DNA of 64,000 nt from a virus (lineage: Duplodnaviria > Caudoviricetes), in IMG/VR virus record IMGVR_UViG_3300009873_000001; one strand, 5' to 3'. Of this stretch, positions 8,220 through 17,124 are shown one piece after another. Numbering within the stretch: the stretch's first letter is position 1; each line of letters opens with the position of its first letter. A program made the translations under genes and the position numbers. The notes under the pieces are model-generated. The model was not told where the DNA came from and did not search any database. It saw nothing but the letters and a program-made list of their open reading frames with translations.

Positions 8220-10163
8220 GTGTACGAAATGGCGCGCCCGAACCCGTGGTTTTCTCCACCGGCGTTGCAGTACGTCGCGCGCTTCTCGCCGGCCTTCTTC
8301 AATCCGCCTGAAGTGGCAGAGAACCCAGGACCGTGCTTCTTCAATCCGCCGCGAAGGAAGCTGTGGATCAGAGGAGTAGAGCCGAGCTGGCACGCGCCGG
8401 CCGGGCTGTTCTCGGAAGGCAGCGCGGAGGAGATCGCTGACGAGATCCTCGAAGCGCACGACTACGACCTGGCGTCGTCCATGCAGTCGCTCCAGTTCTA
8501 TATCAACCGAGCTGGAAGGAATCTCGGGCGGCTGCGCGTCCTGAACCGGGCCAAGCAGATCATTCGGCAGGAAGGAATCTCCCGCGCTGAACAGCGCGCG
8601 CCGCGACCCATGCGCGCCGCCGCCAACCCGGCGTTCTTTCCCTACTACCCGAACCCGCCGTCGCATGAGGACGAAGAGAGCGTCTGCCCAGATTGCGGCG
8701 AAGAGTTCTGTATTTGCGAGGACGTGTCTCTCGAATGCCCGCAATGCGAAGGGCCGGGCATGCTTCTGGGGCGTCTTGGAGGCCGCACGCACTACCGCTG
8801 CAGGAACTGTGGGTGGGACTTCTCGCAGACCGGAGAGAATCCACTCCACTGCAGTGGCTACGAGTTCAGCTGCGACGAAGGCTCAGACGGCGTGCTCTCG
8901 TATCGCGCGCCTGACGTCGAGCGCCATGCGCGTGAGCCGAGCTTCCTACCTCGGCCCGTCCGTGAGTACATGGACAACCCGGTCCGGCGCAACGCGACCT
9001 GCTTCGCGTGCATGAGCACGAGCTGTCCGTGCGGCTGCCAAGGCGACGAGTCGCTGTGCGTCTGCCCGAACCCGCTCTCCTGGGACGAGGCGCAGTCCAC
9101 GCTCGAGCACGTCGACAAGTACCGCCGTCGCGCACGCGAAGAAGATCCGGACTGGGGTCTCTACTACACCGGGGCCGCGCGCGGTGCGCTCCGGCCACTG
9201 AAGTACGGACACCCAGCGCTCTACGAAATGGAGAAGCGCGCCCAGCAGAAGTTCGAACGCGAGATCTTTCGCGCGCCCGCCGGGAGCGCCGCGGCCAATC
9301 CGCTCGACGACACCGAGGTCGGTCAGATCATGAGCGGCGTGCGCTCGCACCACGCGCGGTCGCGCTCGGAGGAAGATCCTGTTCAGAGCGCCTACTACGG
9401 CGGTCGGGCCTACGAAGGGCGGCGGATCGCAGACCGCTACGGCTCTGTGCCGTGGAGCGCCTCTGGCAGGGCTGCAGCGAACCCGCGCACCTGTGGCTCG
9501 TGCGAGCGCGGCGACCATGACCGCTGTGAAGGGTGCCTGTGCTGGTGCAGCGCGACCGGGTTCTATCCTGCGCTGAGGAATCCGTGGTGGAGCGAACCGA
9601 GCGAGGACACGGTCTGGTTCTGTCGTGAGTGCCGCGCCGGCCAGCATCTTTCCTGCCTCGGCCCTGGCTGCAACTGCGGGTGCGTGTCGCAGAATCCGTT
9701 CGCGGTCGTGCCCGTCGAAGCAATCATGAATCCGCGTCGGCCGAAATACTTCACGATGAAGCCGCAGATCGAAGAAGGCGCAGCGTTCCCGTCGCGCCCG
9801 TTCTCCCATGGCCAGCTCCGCCGCACCATGGAGACAGACCGCATGCACCAGAGCCGCATGAAGGGGATCATTCGCTGGGTCGCCAAGAAAGAATTCGGAG
9901 CGAATCTCTCCGACGCCTCGATCGAGGCCATGCTCGGGCGCTCGCGCGCGCAGCTAGCCGAAGAGGGCCGCCACCGCCTCTCGAAGATCAAGGCGCGCGC
10001 CGATCAGATCTTCTACGCGCAGTCGCGGAAGTTCTACGGCCTGCCAGGAACAGAGATCTCCGAAGAGACCGTGCCAGAGCCGGCGCGCGGGCGCCGCGTG
10101 CGGATCGTGAAGGTCAAGCGGAAGAAGAAGGCCGGCGCGAAGAAGCGGAAGAAGGTCGGGTAG
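8220..10163 (+). CDS. Modular protein of Asn-Pro-delimited units: DUF3175-like unit, Cys/His Zn-binding units, basic tail
   Basis: More than 12 NP motifs; FYINRAGRNL resembles the DUF3175 signature; several CxxC clusters; Lys/Arg-rich C-terminus. Confidence 0.7.
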   Translation: MYEMARPNPWFSPPALQYVARFSPAFFNPPEVAENPGPCFFNPPRRKLWIRGVEPSWHAPAGLFSEGSAEEIADEILEAHDYDLASSMQSLQFYINRAGRNLGRLRVLNRAKQIIRQEGISRAEQRAPRPMRAAANPAFFPYYPNPPSHEDEESVCPDCGEEFCICEDVSLECPQCEGPGMLLGRLGGRTHYRCRNCGWDFSQTGENPLHCSGYEFSCDEGSDGVLSYRAPDVERHAREPSFLPRPVREYMDNPVRRNATCFACMSTSCPCGCQGDESLCVCPNPLSWDEAQSTLEHVDKYRRRAREEDPDWGLYYTGAARGALRPLKYGHPALYEMEKRAQQKFEREIFRAPAGSAAANPLDDTEVGQIMSGVRSHHARSRSEEDPVQSAYYGGRAYEGRRIADRYGSVPWSASGRAAANPRTCGSCERGDHDRCEGCLCWCSATGFYPALRNPWWSEPSEDTVWFCRECRAGQHLSCLGPGCNCGCVSQNPFAVVPVEAIMNPRRPKYFTMKPQIEEGAAFPSRPFSHGQLRRTMETDRMHQSRMKGIIRWVAKKEFGANLSDASIEAMLGRSRAQLAEEGRHRLSKIKARADQIFYAQSRKFYGLPGTEISEETVPEPARGRRVRIVKVKRKKKAGAKKRKKVG

Positions 10164-10165
10164 TC

Positions 10166-10384
10166 ATGGCTAGCCGCGAGGAGTGTGCTGCTGGCTTTCG
10201 CGCGGACGGCTCGCGGCTCGCGTACGGAGATTGCGATTTCGTGGAGAGCGCGCGGGCGGCTCCATATCCGTCTCTCTATGTTCGGGAGTCCGGCACAGAC
10301 CTCATGAGCGGCTTCGGCAAGGGGTTGGTCTACGGTGCAATTGGAACCGTGGTGCTGTTCATTCTGATCCAAAGGCTCAGGTAA
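10166..10384 (+). CDS. Small membrane protein
   Basis: ATG 10166 just after upstream stop; MSGFG then C-terminal TM. Confidence 0.65.
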   Translation: MASREECAAGFRADGSRLAYGDCDFVESARAAPYPSLYVRESGTDLMSGFGKGLVYGAIGTVVLFILIQRLR

Positions 10385-10386
10385 CA

Positions 10387-11325
10387 GTGGACGTTCGTCA
10401 AAACCCACTGCTGGCGATCGTGGGCAACCCAGCTCGCGACATTCACCCGCTTGCTTTCGAAGCGCGCGACCGCTATCGCGCCGATATGAGCGCGGGGCAC
10501 GAAGAAGCCGCCGAATACTGGCGCGGGCAAGCCGGGGCGTTCTTCACCGGCAACAATCCGCTCGGCCCGATCTACTACTATCCAGTCAAACACCGCGGTC
10601 TTTTGATCGGAGCTATGCAGGCCGACGACGGCATCGACGCCATGCGCTCTGCTGAAGAAGAATTCGGCCCAGGTGTGAATCTCGGAGTGGCGTACAGGTC
10701 GCTGCAGGCGTTGATCGCGCGCGAAGGTCACCCGCCAGTTGGTCCGATTCCAGCTAAGAGGATAGGCTACTACTCCGAAGGCGGACCACTCTACGGCAAG
10801 AACCCCAGAAGGAATCCAGCGCTCGACGAAGAAGAGCTCGACATAGCCGAAGCGCAGCTCGCGCTCGCAGAGCGGCATAGAAGTTCTGTGGCGGGTTCCA
10901 AGTCGCGCGGTAAGGTCAAATCAAAGGGCAGGAAAGTCCGGGGAAACCCACAAGAGAAGAGGAAGCAGCGGCCGAAGGTCACGCGCTACAGCTTGGAGGA
11001 AGCGCGGAAGAAGTTCAGAGGCCTCGACGCTGCGATCAAGAAGTTCAAGAGATTCCATGGCTCGAGCAGCAATCCAGATCATGTCGACGTCTACCACCTG
11101 CCGGACGGCAGGAACGAAGAGCGCGTCGAGAACGTGCATGCAGCTCTGCACCGGACTCTTGAGACTCCTTACGTCGTACCCTGGAAGAGCAACAAGAAGG
11201 GCACCCTTTGGCTGCACGAGCATCCAGAAGGAGACGGGGCGCCTCTCGAGGTCCTCGACCCTGAGACCGGCACCACGCGGAAAATCGCGGGTGACTTCGT
11301 GGTCGACGACTGGTGGGAAAGCTAG
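10387..11325 (+). CDS. NP-motif basic modular protein
   Basis: GTG 10387; RQNP, GNP, NNP, KNPRRNP, RGNP, SNP; basic central part; AIKKFKRFHG domain. Confidence 0.7.
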   Translation: MDVRQNPLLAIVGNPARDIHPLAFEARDRYRADMSAGHEEAAEYWRGQAGAFFTGNNPLGPIYYYPVKHRGLLIGAMQADDGIDAMRSAEEEFGPGVNLGVAYRSLQALIAREGHPPVGPIPAKRIGYYSEGGPLYGKNPRRNPALDEEELDIAEAQLALAERHRSSVAGSKSRGKVKSKGRKVRGNPQEKRKQRPKVTRYSLEEARKKFRGLDAAIKKFKRFHGSSSNPDHVDVYHLPDGRNEERVENVHAALHRTLETPYVVPWKSNKKGTLWLHEHPEGDGAPLEVLDPETGTTRKIAGDFVVDDWWES

Positions 11326-11466
11326 AAGCAATGAGCTCACGAATTTGTGGACAGGTTCGAGAGTTCGGCTACGGTTGTACATGGAGTCACTTCCGTGTTG
11401 AGTCACACGCTTTTGATTCCTGTGCTGAATCCGCCGCGCGGAGCGAGCGGGAGGAGTAAGAGCAAA

Positions 11467-13341
11467 ATGGCGACGAAGTCGAAGTCGTCTCGCAAGCGCG
11501 GAAGGAAGGTCGCCAAGACCAGCTCGCGCACCCGCAAGGGTGGACGGAAGCTGACTTGGGTCGAGGCCGCGCGCTCGTCAGGCGCTGTCTATCCAGCGAG
11601 CTGGCCGGACGCCAAGAAGCGCGGGAAGGTCATGTCGCCCAATGACGCCTTGATCGCCAAGGTGCCGGTGGTCGGTTTCTTGAACCGCGCCATGATCAAG
11701 GGGTGGCACGAGAAGACCTCTGGTCTCGACACCTCGAACAAGCGCTACAAGAAGTCGAAGGCCTACAAGGGCGCGGTGGCTTGGCTCAAGCAGGGCTCGG
11801 CCCTGCTCAAGAAGCAGCGCCGCGAGCGCGGGTCGATCTGGTTGCGCGAACCGGCCTTCAAGTGGTCCGGTCGCGGAAAAGCAAAGAAGCGTGTGCGTGT
11901 TCCGGACTTCAGTGTGAAGGACGGCAAGCTGCGTTTCCGTGCGGGGCGCGGTCCTTACACTTCGCTCCGTCTCTACCGTGGTTTCGGGCCCACAAAGCGC
12001 CAGGTCGGCCGGTTGGTCGGCGGCGGTTTCGGGGGTCCACTGTCTGCGCCAGGAGGCACTGTGAAGCTGAACAGGTCCCGCAGGCGGAAGGGCCGTCGTG
12101 CCGGTCGCCGTCGTCGGGGTTCTTCCGTCATGCACGTCAAGTTCAACAAGCGCCGCCGCCGCGCGCGCCGCAACAAGGGACGGAAGAGCGGTGCCGGTTT
12201 CACCTCCGCCGTCTACAACAACAAGGGTCGGAAGAAGCGTCGTCGTGGCAAGCGTGTGGTGCTCGAGTCCGGCGCCAAGAAGCGCCGCCGCTCGATCAAG
12301 GTCTCTGGCAAGGGCCTCGTGGTCCGCACCAACCGTCGCCGTCGTCGCCGCCGCAGTCACGCGGCAGCTTCCAACCCGCGGCGTCGTCGCCGCCGGAGCC
12401 ACGTCCGCATGAACCGTCGCCGTCGTCGTCGCCGTTCTGTGGCCTCGAACCCCCGTCGTCGCCGCCGTCGCGCGGCTGCGAACAGCGGGCGTCGCCGCCG
12501 TCGCCGGCACTCGGTGAGGGCGAACCGCGGGCGCCGTGGCCGTCGCCGTCGGCACTACGCGATCGTCAAGCACAACCGCGGGCGTCGGCACCGTGTGCGG
12601 AGGAACCCGTTCCAGGCCCAGCTCGCGCAGCTGCGTGACGCTTCGTTCTGGATCACTGGCGGCCACATTCTCGTGGGCGCCGGTCTGACCGGTCTCGCGA
12701 GCCGGGCGATCATGAACTTCAAGTTCGCTCGCCAGGTCGCGTCCATGCGTGGCGCGGGTGGCGCGGTCGCTCGCGCTGGCTTGAACGTGGGCAGCACGCT
12801 GCTGGTCTCGGCGGCGGTCTCCTACCTCAAGCGCTTCGTGGGCGGTGGCCGCTACCTCGAGAACGTCGAGCGGAACGTGCTGGTCGGTGGCGTGGTCTAC
12901 ACGCTGGCCAACCTGGCGTACGACCTCTGGCCGGGTGGGGCTGAGAAGCTCATTCCTGGCGTGAGCGCGCCGCGCGGCAACCTGCTGCCACGCGCCTCGT
13001 CGGCCGCGGCCAGCGGGGAAATGGGCTGGCTCCCGGGCCGCAAGGCCTACCCTGGCGAGTACCCCGGTTACGGCGGGCTCGGCATGGTCATGAGCCCTGA
13101 GGACCTGGTCGCTGGCGAGTCCATGGCTCGGCAGGTGAACGAGTTCTCGGGTCTCGGCAGCTCGGGCGGCGCTCCGGTGCCGCTCGAGGATCTGCGCGGC
13201 TACCCCGGCCAGTACGGCGGTGGCATGAACGACTGGATGGAGCTCTCGGGCATGGGCGGAGGCATGGGCGACTGGGTCGAGATCGACCCGAACGCCAACC
13301 TCGTGAAGGCCGGGTTCGACCCGGGCACCGAGACGTTCTAG
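11467..13341 (+). CDS. Arg-rich (protamine-like) membrane-associated core protein
   Basis: GAGGAG RBS before ATG 11467; Asn-initiated poly-Arg blocks; three hydrophobic helices after RRNP; C-terminal GLG/GMG motifs. Confidence 0.75.
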   Translation: MATKSKSSRKRGRKVAKTSSRTRKGGRKLTWVEAARSSGAVYPASWPDAKKRGKVMSPNDALIAKVPVVGFLNRAMIKGWHEKTSGLDTSNKRYKKSKAYKGAVAWLKQGSALLKKQRRERGSIWLREPAFKWSGRGKAKKRVRVPDFSVKDGKLRFRAGRGPYTSLRLYRGFGPTKRQVGRLVGGGFGGPLSAPGGTVKLNRSRRRKGRRAGRRRRGSSVMHVKFNKRRRRARRNKGRKSGAGFTSAVYNNKGRKKRRRGKRVVLESGAKKRRRSIKVSGKGLVVRTNRRRRRRRSHAAASNPRRRRRRSHVRMNRRRRRRRSVASNPRRRRRRAAANSGRRRRRRHSVRANRGRRGRRRRHYAIVKHNRGRRHRVRRNPFQAQLAQLRDASFWITGGHILVGAGLTGLASRAIMNFKFARQVASMRGAGGAVARAGLNVGSTLLVSAAVSYLKRFVGGGRYLENVERNVLVGGVVYTLANLAYDLWPGGAEKLIPGVSAPRGNLLPRASSAAASGEMGWLPGRKAYPGEYPGYGGLGMVMSPEDLVAGESMARQVNEFSGLGSSGGAPVPLEDLRGYPGQYGGGMNDWMELSGMGGGMGDWVEIDPNANLVKAGFDPGTETF

Positions 13342-13353
13342 TTCAGTGCGGCG

Positions 13354-13382
13354 GCTCCGGGCGTTTCGCTGACGCCCGGAGC
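13354..13382 (+). terminator. GC-rich hairpin after the Arg-rich gene
   Basis: 11-bp stem gctccgggcgt/acgcccggagc with 7-nt loop; no U tract. Confidence 0.45.
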
Positions 13383-13513
13383 TGACCTCCAGAAAGTCCT
13401 GCGCGCTCTCAGAGCCGAAATCAACCGCTTGGCTGATTCCGGCGAGGTGCCTGTTTCTGTCCAGGCAATTGAAAGGTGACCCCGAATAGGGGCCCTAAGA
13501 GAGCAGTGCAAAG

Positions 13514-14152
13514 ATGACAATGCGCGTAGTACCCATTCCGGCGGTTGGCGCTGTCGGATCGCGTCCTCGAAAGGAACCGATCTATGACACTGAAGGCTGG
13601 GCGCCTGCAGTGCCGCAGCAGGCTGAGATCGTCACGTTCGTGAACTTCTCGGCCTTCAACACGGCGGGTCTGTCGCTGGCCAAGGCGTTTGGCCGTGACA
13701 CGAACCTCCAGGGTCAGAACGGCCTCCCGGCCGCTCACCACCACTACTGGTACGGGCTCCGTCTGAAGCTCCGTACCCTGGACGCCAACCTCTCGACCGC
13801 TCCGAACGTGGTCGTGCCCGAGCAGCTGAACCGAATCCGCGAGCTGAGCTTCTGTCAGTTCCGGTTCGCCAGCTCCGAGCTGATCACGATCCAGGCGGAC
13901 GAGGCGCCCAACGGCACGGGTCCGCAGTACATCAACACCACGCACGCGGGCGCGACCGTGCTGTCGCTCCCGTCCGGTGTGCCCACCCGCGGAAACGCCA
14001 AGGACGTGACGATCTCCGGCCGTCCGGTCGAGATCGTGGCGCTCGAAGCGTTCCGCGTCGTGATCGGCACCCCGGTCGGGATCACCCCGCTCGTGTCGGT
14101 GTATGCGAGCGTGATCCTCGAAGGGCTCCTCCTCCGCGGGATCACCGGCTAG
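13514..14152 (+). CDS. Putative single jelly-roll major capsid protein
   Basis: 212-aa beta-rich protein; EPIYDT..DTNL.GQNGLP..WYGLR..VILEGLLLR pattern; own hairpin-bounded unit; strongly GC3-biased codons; fold inferred. Confidence 0.55.
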   Translation: MTMRVVPIPAVGAVGSRPRKEPIYDTEGWAPAVPQQAEIVTFVNFSAFNTAGLSLAKAFGRDTNLQGQNGLPAAHHHYWYGLRLKLRTLDANLSTAPNVVVPEQLNRIRELSFCQFRFASSELITIQADEAPNGTGPQYINTTHAGATVLSLPSGVPTRGNAKDVTISGRPVEIVALEAFRVVIGTPVGITPLVSVYASVILEGLLLRGITG

Positions 14153-14177
14153 TCCGACTCACCGGTCTTCTCCTTAC

Positions 14178-14216
14178 ACAGCGCCCCGCTCATGCGGGGC
14201 GCTGTCGTGTACAGGC
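14178..14216 (+). terminator. 12-bp hairpin plus conserved TGTACAGGC tail
   Basis: acagcgccccgc-tcat-gcggggcgctgt followed by cgtgtacaggc. Confidence 0.55.
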
Positions 14217-14389
14217 AGGGTGAATCACGCGACAAAATCACCCTCCCTGCTAGCCTGGTACGTAGAGGGGCAAATCCCTCAGACGGCTTCTCTTCTCTTG
14301 GCGGCCCGCCGGTCCTGTCCAAAAGACAGGCCGGCGTGGCCGCTGATCAAGAGTTAAGTAAGCCGTCGAGAAGAGAAGCAGGAGGGTTT

Positions 14390-15772
14390 GTGCAGCTTGC
14401 GCCGCACCCCATGAAGATCGTGTCGGGCTGGGGCTCGACCGCGACATGTGCGTATTGCCATGGATTCGCCAAGATCAAGCCATTGGTCCGCGGATCAGAC
14501 GGCTACATGCACATGAACCCGGACTTCGAAATGATCCGGCGCTTCCACATGCGCGCGGAGCCGTATGGGTTCTCGCTGCCCGCCGGTGCCACACAGGAGT
14601 TCGTGTTCACGGTCCCTGCCGAGGAAGAAAGCCTCGGCGACATGCTGATCAACGAGCTGCTGGCTGTGTTCACACCCGACACGGTGCGGAATATCAGCGT
14701 GCAGTTCCTCAGCCTTCAGACCGACCGCGTGTTCCAGAACGCCCCGGTGTTCAACACGCTCGTGTTCGGGAACAGCCACCTGAACTGTTGCCTGCCCTGC
14801 TGCACGCTCGTCCAGGCCACCAACTCGCTCAAGATGTCGGTCACGAACAACGAGGCGTTCCCGGTCGAGATTCGCGTGGTCGCGCGCGGGATCCGGTTCC
14901 TGCCCAAGAGCGACGAGCTCCGCACGCGAATGCTGATGTACTGGAACACGATCCCGAGCTATCCGTACTTCCAGACGCTGGACCAGCAGGAAGTGATCGT
15001 GCCCGGCGGCGGTGCTGCGTTCTCGGTGACGGCGCTCATGACGATCACCGGCACGGGTGACTTCGAAGTGAAGTGGCCGCGGGCCGAAATCATTGACGTG
15101 GGTCCGCCTGCCGATCCGAACCTGGTGCTCGTGAGTGTGGTCGAGCAGGTCGGCCGCGAGTGGCAGACGGATCCGATTCCGCTCACGAGCTTCGTGGCCA
15201 CGCCCACGCTGGTCGTGCCTGGCTTCCCTGGCGACCTGTTTCGCGCGGCCTCGGCCTGTCACTGCCCGCCCTACCCGCAGCTCTTCAAGCGCAACAACCG
15301 GATCCGTCACATTTTCACCAACAACAACCCGGTGGGTGTGGACGTGCGAGTGCGGCTGACCTACGCGGGCTGCTTCCATGAGGTCGACGAGTGCAAGCCG
15401 GGCCGATCCATGGACAGGATTCGCAGCCTCGAGCCGACGATCGGGCCGGTGCTTGTCACCCAGCGTGACATGTGCCCGCCTCACCCGGAGGGCTATACGC
15501 CGGAGGAGGAGTACTACAACGACCTTCCGTTCCAACCTGCAATCCCGCCGCCCATGCCGGCCGCACAGCCAATGCCCATGAGGGTGCAGGCGCCTGCGCG
15601 GCAGGGGCTGCGGTTCGTTCAGCAGGCACCGCTGCCGGGATCGCAGCGGATAGCGGCCTACCCGCAGGTTCAGCCGCAGCCGAACCCAGCCGGTCCGCCC
15701 GGACTCGGCGGAATGGTCAAGCGCGGTGAGCTCTACTGGGATCCGTTCGCCAAGGCGTGGAAGAGGGCGTAG
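14390..15772 (+). CDS. Putative double jelly-roll-like capsid protein A
   Basis: GGAGG RBS before GTG 14390; two internally similar beta-rich halves; Pro-rich tail with GLGG; paralog of next gene. Confidence 0.55.
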   Translation: MQLAPHPMKIVSGWGSTATCAYCHGFAKIKPLVRGSDGYMHMNPDFEMIRRFHMRAEPYGFSLPAGATQEFVFTVPAEEESLGDMLINELLAVFTPDTVRNISVQFLSLQTDRVFQNAPVFNTLVFGNSHLNCCLPCCTLVQATNSLKMSVTNNEAFPVEIRVVARGIRFLPKSDELRTRMLMYWNTIPSYPYFQTLDQQEVIVPGGGAAFSVTALMTITGTGDFEVKWPRAEIIDVGPPADPNLVLVSVVEQVGREWQTDPIPLTSFVATPTLVVPGFPGDLFRAASACHCPPYPQLFKRNNRIRHIFTNNNPVGVDVRVRLTYAGCFHEVDECKPGRSMDRIRSLEPTIGPVLVTQRDMCPPHPEGYTPEEEYYNDLPFQPAIPPPMPAAQPMPMRVQAPARQGLRFVQQAPLPGSQRIAAYPQVQPQPNPAGPPGLGGMVKRGELYWDPFAKAWKRA

Positions 15773-17124
15773 TGCTCGACCGCGATCCAATCTACGGCAT
15801 GGGCGACTGCCGCACGTTTGCGGACATGCCGCCCCTCGTCCACTGGGAAGACGGGTCGACCTGTATCAACCCGGACTTCGAGCACAACTGGCGCTTCCAC
15901 CGCTCGGCGCTGGCGAAGGATCCCACCGGCCCCTTGGCGCAAGGGCTCGTGCCAGTAGTCACGATCCCTGCCGGCGGGAACGTCGACTTCCAGCTCAAGG
16001 TCGATCGGGAAGAAAACGGCATGGGCCACTTCCTGATCAACGAGCTGTTCATGCTCACGGATCCGACCGACGCCAACAACATTTCGATCACGATCAAGGA
16101 CCAGCAGAGCGACCGGATGTACATGAGCAATCCGGTTTTCAGGCCGCTGCTGTTCAGCACGACGTTCCTCTCGGCGTGCCTGACGTGTCCGATCATGCTC
16201 TTCCCGGACCAGACGTTGATCATTCGCGTCAACAACCTGGAGGCCTTCCCGGTCACGATGCGGATCAACGCGCGCGGCAAGCGCTTCATGCCCTATCACG
16301 ACTGGAAGCTCGTGCAGGAAATGGAGAATTGCTGGTCGCACATGGTCAGCAACCCGTTCTGGCTGACGCTGGACGACACGCAGATCACGATCCCGGCCGG
16401 TGGTCGCGTGCGGTCTCAAATGAGCGTGCCTGGCGGGTGGTTCTTCTACAACCAGCCGCGGACCATGGTCACCGTGGCCGGGGATCTAGTCGTGGGCAGC
16501 GACATTCTCGTCGAAGTCACCGACGGCCGAATCGGCAAGCGGCTCATGGACGGGCCGATCTCGCTGGGTAGCCATTACGCCACGCCCACGCTGACCGTGC
16601 CTGGCTTCCCGGGCAACACGTATTCCGCAGCTACGGCTCTGCACTGCCCGCCGCAGTCCATGTTCTTCCGGCCCACGACGCGACTGATTCACGACTTCTT
16701 CAACACTGGCCCGGCTGATGCGGTCGTGCGACTGACCTACGAGGGCTGCCTCACCTTTGCAGACAAGTGCCCGCCGCACCTCGACGTCGAGCGTGAGCGG
16801 CGGATAGATCTCATGTTTGCTTCCAATCCGCTGTACGTGGACATGACCCAAGAAGAAGGAGGCTGCCAGGCGCCGGCCGACCTACCCAAGCCGCGCGTCA
16901 CAGCCATGTGGCGCAGGCAGCGTGGGAACGCCCTTCCGCCCCACCTGGCGTTCGTTCGCTATGAGGACCAGCGCGTGGAGGTCGTGGTGCGCGATCCGCG
17001 CACGAATGAAGTCGTCCGACCCGCGGTGGCGCATGAGATCCCGCTCTGGGCGAGACTGAGCTCGGAAGGCGGGCTCGAGGGGCTCGGGTCTCGCCCTGCG
17101 CAGGGCGAATGGGAGGCGCTGTGA
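15772..17124 (+). CDS. Putative double jelly-roll-like capsid protein B
   Basis: GTG overlaps upstream TAG; shares NPDFE, LINEL, EAFPV, ATPTL.VPGFPG, HCPP and VRLTY.GC with protein A; LEGLG near C-terminus. Confidence 0.55.
   Translation: MLDRDPIYGMGDCRTFADMPPLVHWEDGSTCINPDFEHNWRFHRSALAKDPTGPLAQGLVPVVTIPAGGNVDFQLKVDREENGMGHFLINELFMLTDPTDANNISITIKDQQSDRMYMSNPVFRPLLFSTTFLSACLTCPIMLFPDQTLIIRVNNLEAFPVTMRINARGKRFMPYHDWKLVQEMENCWSHMVSNPFWLTLDDTQITIPAGGRVRSQMSVPGGWFFYNQPRTMVTVAGDLVVGSDILVEVTDGRIGKRLMDGPISLGSHYATPTLTVPGFPGNTYSAATALHCPPQSMFFRPTTRLIHDFFNTGPADAVVRLTYEGCLTFADKCPPHLDVERERRIDLMFASNPLYVDMTQEEGGCQAPADLPKPRVTAMWRRQRGNALPPHLAFVRYEDQRVEVVVRDPRTNEVVRPAVAHEIPLWARLSSEGGLEGLGSRPAQGEWEAL

Noticed and set aside
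14253-14261. GCCT(1-2 nt)GTAC as a viral promoter motif (also 33151 and 61275)
   Set aside because: Short and variable, three instances only; cannot be separated from chance or an ordinary -10 element
14495-15790. Large antisense ORFs opposite structural genes (also 11578-12666, 30528-31784, 61814-63112)
   Set aside because: Expected shadow ORFs in high-GC DNA; no motifs, and the opposite strand has RBS-led, paralog-supported genes
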